DNA from: a virus
Taxonomy: Duplodnaviria > Caudoviricetes
DNA length: 62,152 bases
Strand: one strand, 5' to 3'
IMG/VR virus record: IMGVR_UViG_3300033153_008214
Location: 1-62,152 of that record
Every line of letters begins with the position of its first letter. Positions within the stretch are counted from its first letter, which is position 1. The notes beneath the pieces were generated by a model that did not search any database, had not been told where the DNA came from, and worked only from the letters and a program-made list of their open reading frames with translations. The position numbers and the translations under genes were made by a program. Below are positions 40,004-51,209 of the stretch, piece by piece.

Positions 40004-43000
40004 ATGACAAACTATCCTTCTAAGTTAGATACTGATGCTGAGCTTCCTGGAATTATCGATGGAGTTACTGAGAACTCTGCAGAGATAATTAACTCTATAC
40101 GTGAAGCTGTTGTTGCTATTGAAACTGCACTGGGTGCAGACCCTCAAGGCTCAGCTACTGATCTAACTACTAGGATAGCTAATGCGTTAAATACTGATGG
40201 AACGATCAAGTCATCAGCGCTTCCTTCCACACTTGTAGACTTACCTCTGACTAACTCTCAAATTGGTGCTAGTGCTTCCATTCAAGAATCTAAGCTAGAC
40301 TTAGACTTTACCACTCAAGTATTGCAGGATCAAATCACTAGTAATGATACTGATATCGCTAGCCTTCAAGATACTTTGGCCGAACTATTGAGCAGGTATT
40401 TGAGACACATTAGCGGATTGGGTGATAGGCATGAGTCTAATCATATTGATCATAGTTTGACAGATGGATATTCATTTGGAATTGGTGCAAATGTTGAGAC
40501 GGCATTAGATTATCTGTCTGGGCAGATGGATGCTCATAGAACTGCTACGGTTATTCGAGAACACCATGCTTCTGCAATTGAATATGATCCAGGAGTTACA
40601 GTTCCAGGAGAAATTGATTTCACTACTTCTACAAATGTACAAGGTGCGATTGATGAAGTCGCAGTAGCCATTCTTGAGCAGGTTAGACAGCATAATGATC
40701 AGTCACACAACAACTGTGTAACTAATGATGGGTACAGCATACTGTTAGGTCAGGGTGCAGTTAATGATTCAAGTCTGAAGCTTGCTAGATATCAACCTAA
40801 CTCAGGCAACGATGTTATTAAAGTGGGGATGTGTAATGCTCCAGTAGTAAAAACAAAGGGCTTTAGAGCATCTGCAATCTCATCTTCTGCAGCAGAGTTT
40901 GACATTCAGATCACTATTGGTTCTATTAGTCGGACGATTAGTATTACTGGCTTACATAACTCTGAATACCCTGTCAGTAATGGTCGCGTAACTCTATTAG
41001 GAGTCGTAGATTATTTGAACGCAGCTTTTGCAAATACTTCTACACCTGCACATTTCCCAGTCACAGCATTTGATTCAGAGGATGGAGAACTTGTTCTTCA
41101 GATGAATGTGGCTAGAGATGATGCAAGTATTACGATTAAAGATCCTGGTGGTAGCACGGCGATTACAGCTTTGGGATTTACTGATATTGTAGATGTGCCG
41201 GTTGGCCATATTGAGAATTACGAATTTGTAATTGATGGCACCAGATATACTGAGCTTGAAACAGTAGCAGATGGGTATTCAATTCAAGCATCTCTAAGTA
41301 GTATTGTTGAGCTTGGAATGACTGTAGACTCTGGAGGATTAGATCTTCAGGCCAATAGCTTCATACATGTTTATAATCACGATACTGGTAGCTCTGTAGG
41401 AACTTACAAGGTTATAGGAGTTCCTTCTTCTACATCAGTCCAGCTATCTGAGAATTTAGTATCAGGTGGATTTAGTTTCATAATTTACAAAGATTCGATG
41501 AACACTAATGCAATTACATCTAATCGCAGAGTGGTTGATTTTTACATGGATGGTAGGGAACCGGTTGTATCTGAAAGAGCTACAATCGTATATGGTGGTG
41601 TACAGGGAGTGAGGATTATAACAGTGTCTCAAAACTTTGAGGCTTTTACAGGAACCTTTGAGCTTGCAGACTCTGGTGCTCGTAAAGGGTTGACGGTTAT
41701 AAATGGAGATGGTTATAGTGGTACCCAGGTAGTATTTGACCCTGGGTTTATAGGATACTTGGATGTTTATAGTCCAGATGATGATTCGTTTTTAACATGC
41801 TTTGTTTTTGATACAGCTCCATCTAATGGAACAGATACTTTAACTATTATTGATACGGAATCTACGGACAATCGTTTATTGCTTGGCTCTTCACATCATA
41901 ATGGGTTATCAGTAATTGAGATGCCTGTAGATGCAAGAAATCTTGGCTCTGTTGGAACTACTTCAGTTGGAAGTGAGTTTAAGCGAGATACAATAGAACA
42001 GGATATCAGCAACCTGCATCTTACTGGTATATCACGAGGGTATGACCTAGTAGGGATTACTTCCTCAGAAGTCCGTTTACGGGGTGGGATCGCATACATA
42101 TCTGGTCGTAAGGTGCAGCGTCCAAGCCAAACGATTGAGGTCACAAATGTTGCAACCTCAGATGGAGTATGGAACCTTGTCTTAAATCGCAGTGGCGGAG
42201 TAGACTTATTTAAGGATGGTGACTCGCCAGTAACTACTGAGTATTCTGTTGCTGATATTCTTCGACATGATGAGGTAGCATTACTTTCCCAGATTACTAT
42301 TTCTGGTGGAAATATAACTGGTACGGTTGATGCCAGATTCTTTATAAATGATATTGAATCAAGGTTACAGCTTACAGTTGATGATAGGGATCTGGGTGCG
42401 GGACAATTTAGGTCATTAGAGGCTGCAGTATTGTATTCTCAGAATGCTCCTAATGATACTAAGCCTGAGATTACGATATTATCTGATTTGACATTTTCTA
42501 CTGCTCAATCAATTAGTTCAGGGTCTAGAATTATATCATTTGGCGATCTTGTATATGATAGCAGCTTAGCTCTTTCTAACAATTCTGAATTAGTGGTTTA
42601 TGGCTCTCTTACTGTAACTGGGGCAATTACAGTTGATAGCGGAGCTAAGATAAAGATACTTGGTGGCGGGGCATTTAGTAGCACTACAACTTTGGGTGAT
42701 AGTGTGTTATTTGAAGTTGATGGCTATCTAACCCTTCCAAGCCTCTCTCTTACCAACTCAGACAATACTACTGTTACAGGTGTTAACTATTCAGAGATGT
42801 CTACTCTGCAATTTACAGGGACCGGGATGTCTCTAACAAATTGCACCAACTCTCTTGTAAAAGAATTGGATCTTCGAATTGATGGGTTAAATAGTGTATT
42901 TACTACTACTGGAGTGACAGACCTTACAGTAGAAGGATGCAGGTTCTCACAATCAACTACATTAAGCGTAGCACAAATAACTCAGAATGCTCGTAAGGGT

Positions 43001-44632
43001 ATCCATCTAAATGGGATTGAGACAAATGTTCAGATTAGAGATTGCGTATTTAACAATCTTTCCAGAGGAATAGATGTTGAGAATGAATGCTATAACCTAC
43101 TTGTAGATGATTGCAAGATGATTAGCATAGATGTAGGGATATATTCAGATATACTTGAGGACTTTATTATTAGAGGCTGTACTCTATCATCTGTTCACAC
43201 TAATGGAATTTATCTTGGAGGCTCTACACTCAGAGGGATTGTATCCTACTGTAACTTTAGTGATAACTTTGATGTGACTTCTACCCCAATAGTTCTTAGA
43301 AGTAGTGGTAAAAAAGTAACTCTCTCAGACAACTTGTTTGATAACCTGACAGGTGTTAACATGTTGCTTGTAAGTAGTGTGAGTAAGGAATCTGTAATAC
43401 ATGGAAATGTAATTGAGAGCTGTACTACTACAGGGTTTGCAATTGATATCACTGGTTCTTTTGAGAAAGGTGTAGCTTCAGATAATATTGTCACAGAGCA
43501 CTCTGGCCCATGTTTTAGAGGTATAGGTAATTTATCAGTAGTTGGTAATACTTTACTTAGTAATGCAGGAGGAGTTGGTACCAGATGGGACTTTACATCA
43601 TGTCAGGTATCTAATAATTTAATATCTAACTTGGAAACTACTGACGGGGATTTGGAAATTACAGACACTATCTTTACCGCAAATAAGGTAATTGTAGCTA
43701 CTGCAACTATTGATGCTGGTACCAATCAAGTCTCAGACAATTCTTTTGACTTTAGAAATACTTCAGCGGTAGATTCTCTTGTAGTAGGAAGTACTTGGTA
43801 TCATACCTTGCTGTCAGGTAATTATTTTGGTCTCAGAGGCTCTACTAACGGGGTGAAAATTCCTGCAGGAAATATTACTGTCAAAGGTAATGTATTTGTA
43901 GATGCTGGGGGAAGCTTCCTTCAATCTTTGAGGGTGGACCCGATTGCGTCATCCGAGTATGTACTTATAGCTGACAATTTTATTGAGAATGGCTCTAACT
44001 TTGGAATCTATGTCAATAGTGATAATGTTTCATTAACTGGAAATTCTATTCATGGAGCTACTTCCTCTGGCGATATAGTTGTTGCGACAACTAGGCAAAA
44101 TGTACTAGTTTCAAATAATCATGCGAATGGTACTGGTGGAGATTCAAGGAGAGTGTTTCATAATGATTCTACTCAAACGAATGTATTTATGCATTCTAAT
44201 AAGGGTGCCGTTGAATATAAGACGTTCTCTCCATACTCTGGAGTGATTCAAGATAATTGGGCGACTGAGCTATCTGGTATAGCGAATGAGGTTGCATCGG
44301 GCTCAACTCAAAGGTTGATGATTCCTATGTACCTTGATCAGGGTATTGAGCTTGAAAGTATCAATATTCAGATTAGCAATAGTAGTGCCTCGGGCTCAGC
44401 TACAGTTACCCTCTATAGGCGGGATACTAATACGGTAGCTGCATCTGCTATATCTACCATTACTTCTGCAACTAATACGGCAGCGGGTGTATTTGCTAGT
44501 TTAAATGTACCAGTGAGTAGTACAGAATATGTTCAAAGAGGATATGAATATTTCACAGTGGTTAACATTCCCTCCAGCTTAGCTGATGGAACGATTATTG
44601 TTGGACAGGTTAGAGCTAATATAAGAATTTGA
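40004..44632 (+). CDS. Large tailspike-like protein with right-handed beta-helix, paralog A
   Basis: YP..D...LP anchor, H-rich HxAxxI fibre motifs, and a long Asn-ladder beta-helix (V.DN.., I.GN..). 5 DGY. Confidence 0.7.
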   Translation: MTNYPSKLDTDAELPGIIDGVTENSAEIINSIREAVVAIETALGADPQGSATDLTTRIANALNTDGTIKSSALPSTLVDLPLTNSQIGASASIQESKLDLDFTTQVLQDQITSNDTDIASLQDTLAELLSRYLRHISGLGDRHESNHIDHSLTDGYSFGIGANVETALDYLSGQMDAHRTATVIREHHASAIEYDPGVTVPGEIDFTTSTNVQGAIDEVAVAILEQVRQHNDQSHNNCVTNDGYSILLGQGAVNDSSLKLARYQPNSGNDVIKVGMCNAPVVKTKGFRASAISSSAAEFDIQITIGSISRTISITGLHNSEYPVSNGRVTLLGVVDYLNAAFANTSTPAHFPVTAFDSEDGELVLQMNVARDDASITIKDPGGSTAITALGFTDIVDVPVGHIENYEFVIDGTRYTELETVADGYSIQASLSSIVELGMTVDSGGLDLQANSFIHVYNHDTGSSVGTYKVIGVPSSTSVQLSENLVSGGFSFIIYKDSMNTNAITSNRRVVDFYMDGREPVVSERATIVYGGVQGVRIITVSQNFEAFTGTFELADSGARKGLTVINGDGYSGTQVVFDPGFIGYLDVYSPDDDSFLTCFVFDTAPSNGTDTLTIIDTESTDNRLLLGSSHHNGLSVIEMPVDARNLGSVGTTSVGSEFKRDTIEQDISNLHLTGISRGYDLVGITSSEVRLRGGIAYISGRKVQRPSQTIEVTNVATSDGVWNLVLNRSGGVDLFKDGDSPVTTEYSVADILRHDEVALLSQITISGGNITGTVDARFFINDIESRLQLTVDDRDLGAGQFRSLEAAVLYSQNAPNDTKPEITILSDLTFSTAQSISSGSRIISFGDLVYDSSLALSNNSELVVYGSLTVTGAITVDSGAKIKILGGGAFSSTTTLGDSVLFEVDGYLTLPSLSLTNSDNTTVTGVNYSEMSTLQFTGTGMSLTNCTNSLVKELDLRIDGLNSVFTTTGVTDLTVEGCRFSQSTTLSVAQITQNARKGIHLNGIETNVQIRDCVFNNLSRGIDVENECYNLLVDDCKMISIDVGIYSDILEDFIIRGCTLSSVHTNGIYLGGSTLRGIVSYCNFSDNFDVTSTPIVLRSSGKKVTLSDNLFDNLTGVNMLLVSSVSKESVIHGNVIESCTTTGFAIDITGSFEKGVASDNIVTEHSGPCFRGIGNLSVVGNTLLSNAGGVGTRWDFTSCQVSNNLISNLETTDGDLEITDTIFTANKVIVATATIDAGTNQVSDNSFDFRNTSAVDSLVVGSTWYHTLLSGNYFGLRGSTNGVKIPAGNITVKGNVFVDAGGSFLQSLRVDPIASSEYVLIADNFIENGSNFGIYVNSDNVSLTGNSIHGATSSGDIVVATTRQNVLVSNNHANGTGGDSRRVFHNDSTQTNVFMHSNKGAVEYKTFSPYSGVIQDNWATELSGIANEVASGSTQRLMIPMYLDQGIELESINIQISNSSASGSATVTLYRRDTNTVAASAISTITSATNTAAGVFASLNVPVSSTEYVQRGYEYFTVVNIPSSLADGTIIVGQVRANIRI

Positions 44633-44639
44633 GGATAAA

Positions 44640-47600
44640 ATGAGTAATTACCCAGCAAAAATAGATACTGATGTTGAGCTTCCTCGTGTTGATGACAATG
44701 TTAGTGAGATAGCCTCAGAAGTTATAAACTCATTAAGGGAAGCGGTAGTTGCCGTTCAAACAACCCTAGGTAAAGATCCTCAGGGTTCTGCAGTTGATCT
44801 TGTCACTAGACTTTCTCAGTCAATTAATGATGATGGTACGTTAAAGCTTGCTGCTTTGACTATTGGCTCAATTACTAATGCTCAGATTGCTTCTGGCGCA
44901 GCAATACTAGAGTCTAAGCTTGACTTAGATTTCACTACTCAAAATCTTCAAGACCAGATTACCAGCAATGATATAGATATTGCTGCATTACAAAAAGCGA
45001 TTGCAAAGGTGATTAGCGATCTTGCTATGCATGTTGCAGGTACAGGATTGCGACATGATACATTTGACATTGATCTGAATACTGCTTACGTTGGAACTAC
45101 TCCTCCGGAGTTTGCTGGACTTACTAGCTCAGAATTGCATGGTGTCTTAGTCGAGATGAATGATCGTTATCTGGATCATACAAGTGACTCCAAGGTAGAA
45201 GCTCATAAGGCTTCAACAGTTTCAGTAGATGGGGCAAACTTTAAGGTTATTCCTGTGGAAGTGGATGATGTTCAGGAAGCCTTGGAAAGCCTTGATGTGG
45301 CCAGAGCTGAGGAATTCATTAAGCATAGGGACCATCTTCATGCAAACGGGTTTGATAACTGGGCGAATAACATTCAAGGTTACAATGAAAATCTTCAATT
45401 AGTTCCAGCTATATTTGGTCAAACTGTCGTAGCTACCATAATTTCAGGAACTAGAAACCAGATTAGATTTCCAACTATTGATCTTGCTGCTCAGGGAGTT
45501 GAGCAGGGTAGTGTAATCGTAATAGCTGATGGTTATGCTGCAGGAAGTTATGTTGTAGATGATGTAGGGCCGCGTACAGCCATGGGTGGGAAATCCTTAC
45601 TTGATTCGACTGACGTAGAGATACAAAGTGTATTCCCAGACTCTCTTATCACTGATGGTTATGTAGATGCTTCAGTATTTGGAGAAAGCAGCCTGTTTAC
45701 ATTCAAGGGTAATGTTGCAAGTGTAATTCGTACAAGTTCTTCAACGCTTGACAGTGTTCAACTTGCTCGGCCAAATGCAGCAAAAGTATTAACACTGGGG
45801 ATTAAGCCAAATCTAATCTCTGGTGGAGAGACTCTGAATCTTGAAGTAGGTTTGGATGATAACAATATTCGAACTACTAGTATTGCGCTAAGCGGTTCTG
45901 CAACTATTGACTCACTGGTAGCAGAGATCAATACTTCTCTGCATGGTTCTGATGCATTCCCTGCGGCAGCATATAGGGTTGGAGATGAGTTGCTACTCTC
46001 TCATAACTGGGATGGCTATGTTGGCAATTATATAAAGGTTCTTACAACTGGTACTGCCAATACCATTCTAGGGTTTGATGGATATGGTGCAGATGTAGTG
46101 AGTCTTGAAGTGCCCCCTACCAAGCATTCCAAGTATTATGTGAATGGTAGTATGCTAACAGATTTCAAGCTGATTAGTTCCACTACGGCTGACATATCTG
46201 GTACAACGATCACGTTCACTGATTTCAATCCTGAGGATTCTGAGTTAAAGCCTGGCAATATGATCCATGTTAAAGATCATGCCACTGTTGCTGAACGTGG
46301 AAGTTATGAGATAACGGCTATTTCTCCAACGACTGTAACTGTACACACTTCTATTGTTGTAGGAACAGATGTTGCCGTAGAGATGTACCATGACGTAATC
46401 CCTCTTGCTGAGCTTGCCTCGAATGGTGATGCTCAGATTATAGAGGTGTTCCTTGATAGTGTGGGTCGATCAAAGTATAACCCCCGACTTGAGTTTGACA
46501 AGACTATTTCGAACCTTAATGTAGTTGATATAAGTGACAACTTTATTCCTGGAAGCTATATCCTTAATTCCGTTATAGATGCTGGTGGATATAATCTCAA
46601 CTTTGGCACAACTGGTATAAATACGTTTGTACCTACTGGTTTCATTGGAAAGAAACGAGTCTATTCTGAGTCCAATATCGAATTCTTAGATGTTGAAGTA
46701 ATAGGTATTTTAAGTGCTGGTGCTGCAGCGATTGTTATCAATGAACATATTAATGAGGAGGAAGTTCTTGAGATTGCTACGATTCGAAGCAATGGGCTGG
46801 AATCTTTAAGTGATGTTAAAGATAAGAGGTTGTTTGGAACCATAGGGCTTGATGAAATTCGAGAAGACGTTATTCAGTCCTATATTGAAGGGCCTCTAAC
46901 TGATCTCAGATCAAATGGTATTGTTAGAGGATTTGACGTAATTACTGCTAATTACGCTGATTTCGTATATCCAACTTATAAGGCAGTGCTGGTACGTGGT
47001 GGGAGTTTGTACGTAAATGGAGTTGGCTGCAGTGTGAGAACTCAAACAGTAGTATTTCCAAATGCTGCAGGGACTTACTTCATTGTATTGAATCAGATTG
47101 GCGTGTATGAAATTATCAACATAACTACTTGGACCATGGAAGAGATTCTCGATGGAAGTGCGGGTGAGTATGCACTAATCGCAAAAGTTGTACATGATGG
47201 TGCAAATGTAACTAACACTGAAGATCTCAGGTATTTCATAAGTAATTTGGATTCTAGGGTTGATCTGGTAGTTGATGAGACTAACAATTTCACTGGAAGC
47301 TTTGCTACCTTTGAAGCAGCTATGAACTATGCAAATAGCTATCCCTCTAGTGAAAAACCTCTGATTCGAGTAGTCTCTAATGAAGCTACTGACATTACAG
47401 TTCCTGCGGGAAGTCGAGAAGTTACTATACAGGTAGATGGTTATGTGAATGATGTTACCATTCATGCTCCTTGCAGACTTGAAAGTGGTGGTTTGAACGA
47501 AAGAGCTTCTGCTCATATCTGGGGAGATATAACGGTTTCAAACACCTGTACAAGGTTAGAGTTAGATGGGGTAAAAGTATCGGGAGCTGTCTCTATAACT

Positions 47601-50600
47601 GAAACTCTATCAGTTGATATTCAAAATAGCTCCTTTGCAAGTACGTTTACCAATACTGGTACCGGGTCTAGGGAAACATTTGCAGATAATTGTGAGTTTA
47701 GTGGAAACGTATCCTTTACTAGCTCTGAGGCCAGGATTGACAACTCTATATTGAGTGGTTCAGGAACGATTTTATCAAACAGCTCTCAGACCTTCGTAAG
47801 AAGTACTATCTTTGATCAGGCTCGCATACAGACTACATTTGACGCATTCTTAACGGGTTGTACATTTGAGAATCACAGTTCGGTAAATACTATCGCTACC
47901 TCAAGTGGTGGACCGATGATGATAGATAACTGCGTATTCCAGAATATGACAAGCTCTCTTACTGGAACCATGATTTTGATCTCTGCGTCAAGTGGTACCA
48001 TAAGCAATAGTTTCTTCAAGTCTGTTACTATGACAGGTACCGCAGCATTGATTTCTGCCACTAGTGTGGTAGATAGTTTCTTCAAATCAAACACTTATAC
48101 TACCACTCAGGCTATTACGGTTCAAACTTTTTCTGATAACTTGGCTGAAAGTAATACTGGTGATATGCTGGTAGGTGCTCGCATATTTAATGGTAATGAT
48201 GGGATACCTTCTGTAGGTGGAGCTGATGTAAGATCAGTATCAGGAAATAGTTTTCCTTCTGCGAGCACTCTTGGTTACAATGTTGATATAGGAAGTGATG
48301 GGTATGCAGTAATTATTGGTAATCAGTTTACTGATATTGTAGCTAGTGCAATAGGTATAACTTGTACCTCAGTATCTACTGGCATTAACATATCTAACAA
48401 CTATTTTGCTGGGGCGGGGGCAACAAGTACTGGCATAGCTCTAACTAATGCTACAGATTTGATAGTATCTACGAACACTTTTGACAATTGTGAATCTTTA
48501 TCTACCAGTGTTGAAGCGACTAGCTTATTCATTAGTGGGAATCGATTTGGTGAGCTGGATGAATCCTTCCTAGCTGGAGATAACCTACAGTTTGTAAATA
48601 ATAAGAAAGTAAATGGTACTTTCACTATTAACACTTCTACAGCAGATGAATGGAGGGTGATTAATAATCAGATGAGTGGTGGTTTACACTTGATTGGTAC
48701 TACTTTGACGAATACCTTGATTTGTGAGAATACTTTTAGCTTGCTTACATTTGAACTTGGTTTGAATGAAGCTATTATGGCTAATAATGTAGGCCTGATG
48801 AGCACTGTTGGAACGGTAGATTTTGAACAGGTTATTTGTTCTCAGAATGACGGCCTGTTTACCGGAGCAAGTTCTGCAAATGTGGTTTGGAGTAAGAGTA
48901 CTATAAGTGAAAATATCTGGAATACTGGAGATACTTACACAACTCTGACCATGAAGAGTGATGGGTCTAATACTCCGGCGTTGGTAAACATTACTCAGAA
49001 CTTGTTCTATGAGACTGATATAGAGATTGGTGCAGCGAATCAGATTGACCAGGTGTCTTTCTCAGATAATCTGTCTGTTGGTGAAACGCTTGCCCGGTCT
49101 TTAAATATAGCAGCTCACATGAATAACAGCTATATTTCAAGGAATTTGAACTTTGATATTGGTATGATTGGTTCAAACAATATGACTATTTCGCTTAATA
49201 GTTTAAGTAGTCAGACGATTAGCTTAACCGGTCAAATTAACTCTACACTGGTTACCGGCAACTTTGTAAATAACTTGCTGGTGAGTGGTGATAGTGCTAC
49301 TGGCCTTATTATCAACAGCAACGTTGTGTTTAACAACATTGATGTCAACCGTACCTTAGCCGCTACTGCGAGTATCACCGGAGCCATGATCTCTGACAAC
49401 TTTGTAGTTGCAAATATTAGAATATCTGACACTATTTTCTCAGGCTCTCCTGCAGTAGGCAGAGATTTCAGATTTATTGATTGCACTATATCTGGAAATA
49501 GAATTGGTGGAAGTTTATTATTTGCAGATTCTGGAACACTGACATCTACCTCTGTTCAGTATCTAATAACTGGTAATACAGTAAAGGATAATGTCACTAC
49601 ATCTGACATACGATTAATTGCATTTACAGGTGTAATGTCTGATACAATAGTTATGTTTAAAGATAATATGGTTTCTGGGAATAGTGTCGGAGGGAGCTTA
49701 ACTATTGGCAGCAATGGGGACCACTCGTATATCTCAGGGTCAGAGTTTTCTGGAAATATTATTTCTGGGAATAACATTATGTCACTTTTGTCTCTACAAA
49801 CAGAGGGCATTTCTGTAATTACAGCTTCGAATAACTATGTCAATTCCAATAAAATTGGAGGCTCGTTCTCGTTCGAAGGATTTAATTTAGATACATTTAC
49901 TTTCAATGATAACTTGGTCGGTTCTTCAACAGTTGTAAGTTTTAATAATCCTAGTTCGGCGGTTCTTGACTCTGACACTTACTTTCATTCTATATACAGC
50001 AATATATCTTTCAAAGGCAATGTTTTTGAAGGAGATATAGATATGGTATTAGGTTTTACTGGTCCGGCAGATGGTTATGGTGTGGACTTGAATGGATTTA
50101 CGTTTTCTGGAAATACTGCGCCATTAAATAATTTTACAATTCGCTCAAGCAATTTATCCTTTTTTATGCTTAATCGGTGTGAGTTTAACGACAATGAGAT
50201 TCGAGGTATAAGTATTGGAGCTGATATATGGAGAGGTGGTGTAACGGGGGTTGGTATAATCAATAATACATCTGTCATAGGGAATGTTTTCCCTGGACAA
50301 TATGACAGCTCTGTTGGCATAGATTTAGCTTGGCCCGGCTTTGAAATTACCGATAAGTCAGGAAATCAGGAAGCTCGGATATATACAACTAATTTTATAT
50401 TTAATTCTAATTCTGCTGGTCACTTATACGACCCATCTGTACTTGGACTAGTTGACTTTGATACATTTTCGGATGGATTTCCTCGTGCAAAATTTGTATT
50501 TCGTCAAAAAGTGGACGGGTCCTCTTATCAATTGAATGGAATGTATTGGTCAAACTTCATTGGCAACTCTAGCATAAGTTTTGAATTCTCGAATCAAGCT

Positions 50601-51197
50601 ACAAATACAACAGTTGCCAACAGCTTGATAATGCTATATGAATGTACTTGGTCTGGCAATGTAGCAATGTCTCTACTATTAGAATCTACGACTCCTTCTC
50701 TTGGAAGCCTAAGGGGAGTTTATCTGTACAGCAGCATACTTTCTGGAAATAGTTGGGATGTCAAGAGTACAGCAAGTGGCTCAGTATCTTTGTCCGTACC
50801 TAAAGAAACAACGTTTTACTCTAGCGAGGTGGTAGCTGGAGATAATAGTATCAATGATGTTACTATTACTGGTAACTATAAATGTGAGATGTATTTTCTT
50901 GATAGCTCAGTCTCGGGCTTGAACAACATTTCCAATAATTGTGATGCGTTGTTGAATTTTGATGATGGTAATTGGAACAATGCTTATCAGACAAAAATTA
51001 TGGGGAATGCTTTTACGGATATAACTTATAATGGTGCTGGAACTTATGATCCAAAGGATGATGCTAATGAGAAAACATATTGGTGGGGAAATACAGCTCA
51101 AACTAACTCTAATTTTACAATTACTAGTACTTTGTCAGGAAATATGTCTGCCTCAAATAGCCTTAGCTCCAATAAAATACCAACTTATATTCCCTGA
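44640..51197 (+). CDS. Large tailspike-like protein with right-handed beta-helix, paralog B
   Basis: N-terminal ~900 aa colinear with paralog A (ESKLDLDFTTQ.LQDQITSND.DI; R..G..G; RYFI..L.SR). Long SGN/TGN beta-helix. 7 DGY. Confidence 0.7.
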   Translation: MSNYPAKIDTDVELPRVDDNVSEIASEVINSLREAVVAVQTTLGKDPQGSAVDLVTRLSQSINDDGTLKLAALTIGSITNAQIASGAAILESKLDLDFTTQNLQDQITSNDIDIAALQKAIAKVISDLAMHVAGTGLRHDTFDIDLNTAYVGTTPPEFAGLTSSELHGVLVEMNDRYLDHTSDSKVEAHKASTVSVDGANFKVIPVEVDDVQEALESLDVARAEEFIKHRDHLHANGFDNWANNIQGYNENLQLVPAIFGQTVVATIISGTRNQIRFPTIDLAAQGVEQGSVIVIADGYAAGSYVVDDVGPRTAMGGKSLLDSTDVEIQSVFPDSLITDGYVDASVFGESSLFTFKGNVASVIRTSSSTLDSVQLARPNAAKVLTLGIKPNLISGGETLNLEVGLDDNNIRTTSIALSGSATIDSLVAEINTSLHGSDAFPAAAYRVGDELLLSHNWDGYVGNYIKVLTTGTANTILGFDGYGADVVSLEVPPTKHSKYYVNGSMLTDFKLISSTTADISGTTITFTDFNPEDSELKPGNMIHVKDHATVAERGSYEITAISPTTVTVHTSIVVGTDVAVEMYHDVIPLAELASNGDAQIIEVFLDSVGRSKYNPRLEFDKTISNLNVVDISDNFIPGSYILNSVIDAGGYNLNFGTTGINTFVPTGFIGKKRVYSESNIEFLDVEVIGILSAGAAAIVINEHINEEEVLEIATIRSNGLESLSDVKDKRLFGTIGLDEIREDVIQSYIEGPLTDLRSNGIVRGFDVITANYADFVYPTYKAVLVRGGSLYVNGVGCSVRTQTVVFPNAAGTYFIVLNQIGVYEIINITTWTMEEILDGSAGEYALIAKVVHDGANVTNTEDLRYFISNLDSRVDLVVDETNNFTGSFATFEAAMNYANSYPSSEKPLIRVVSNEATDITVPAGSREVTIQVDGYVNDVTIHAPCRLESGGLNERASAHIWGDITVSNTCTRLELDGVKVSGAVSITETLSVDIQNSSFASTFTNTGTGSRETFADNCEFSGNVSFTSSEARIDNSILSGSGTILSNSSQTFVRSTIFDQARIQTTFDAFLTGCTFENHSSVNTIATSSGGPMMIDNCVFQNMTSSLTGTMILISASSGTISNSFFKSVTMTGTAALISATSVVDSFFKSNTYTTTQAITVQTFSDNLAESNTGDMLVGARIFNGNDGIPSVGGADVRSVSGNSFPSASTLGYNVDIGSDGYAVIIGNQFTDIVASAIGITCTSVSTGINISNNYFAGAGATSTGIALTNATDLIVSTNTFDNCESLSTSVEATSLFISGNRFGELDESFLAGDNLQFVNNKKVNGTFTINTSTADEWRVINNQMSGGLHLIGTTLTNTLICENTFSLLTFELGLNEAIMANNVGLMSTVGTVDFEQVICSQNDGLFTGASSANVVWSKSTISENIWNTGDTYTTLTMKSDGSNTPALVNITQNLFYETDIEIGAANQIDQVSFSDNLSVGETLARSLNIAAHMNNSYISRNLNFDIGMIGSNNMTISLNSLSSQTISLTGQINSTLVTGNFVNNLLVSGDSATGLIINSNVVFNNIDVNRTLAATASITGAMISDNFVVANIRISDTIFSGSPAVGRDFRFIDCTISGNRIGGSLLFADSGTLTSTSVQYLITGNTVKDNVTTSDIRLIAFTGVMSDTIVMFKDNMVSGNSVGGSLTIGSNGDHSYISGSEFSGNIISGNNIMSLLSLQTEGISVITASNNYVNSNKIGGSFSFEGFNLDTFTFNDNLVGSSTVVSFNNPSSAVLDSDTYFHSIYSNISFKGNVFEGDIDMVLGFTGPADGYGVDLNGFTFSGNTAPLNNFTIRSSNLSFFMLNRCEFNDNEIRGISIGADIWRGGVTGVGIINNTSVIGNVFPGQYDSSVGIDLAWPGFEITDKSGNQEARIYTTNFIFNSNSAGHLYDPSVLGLVDFDTFSDGFPRAKFVFRQKVDGSSYQLNGMYWSNFIGNSSISFEFSNQATNTTVANSLIMLYECTWSGNVAMSLLLESTTPSLGSLRGVYLYSSILSGNSWDVKSTASGSVSLSVPKETTFYSSEVVAGDNSINDVTITGNYKCEMYFLDSSVSGLNNISNNCDALLNFDDGNWNNAYQTKIMGNAFTDITYNGAGTYDPKDDANEKTYWWGNTAQTNSNFTITSTLSGNMSASNSLSSNKIPTYIP

Positions 51198-51209
51198 TAG
51201 GATCAAGAT

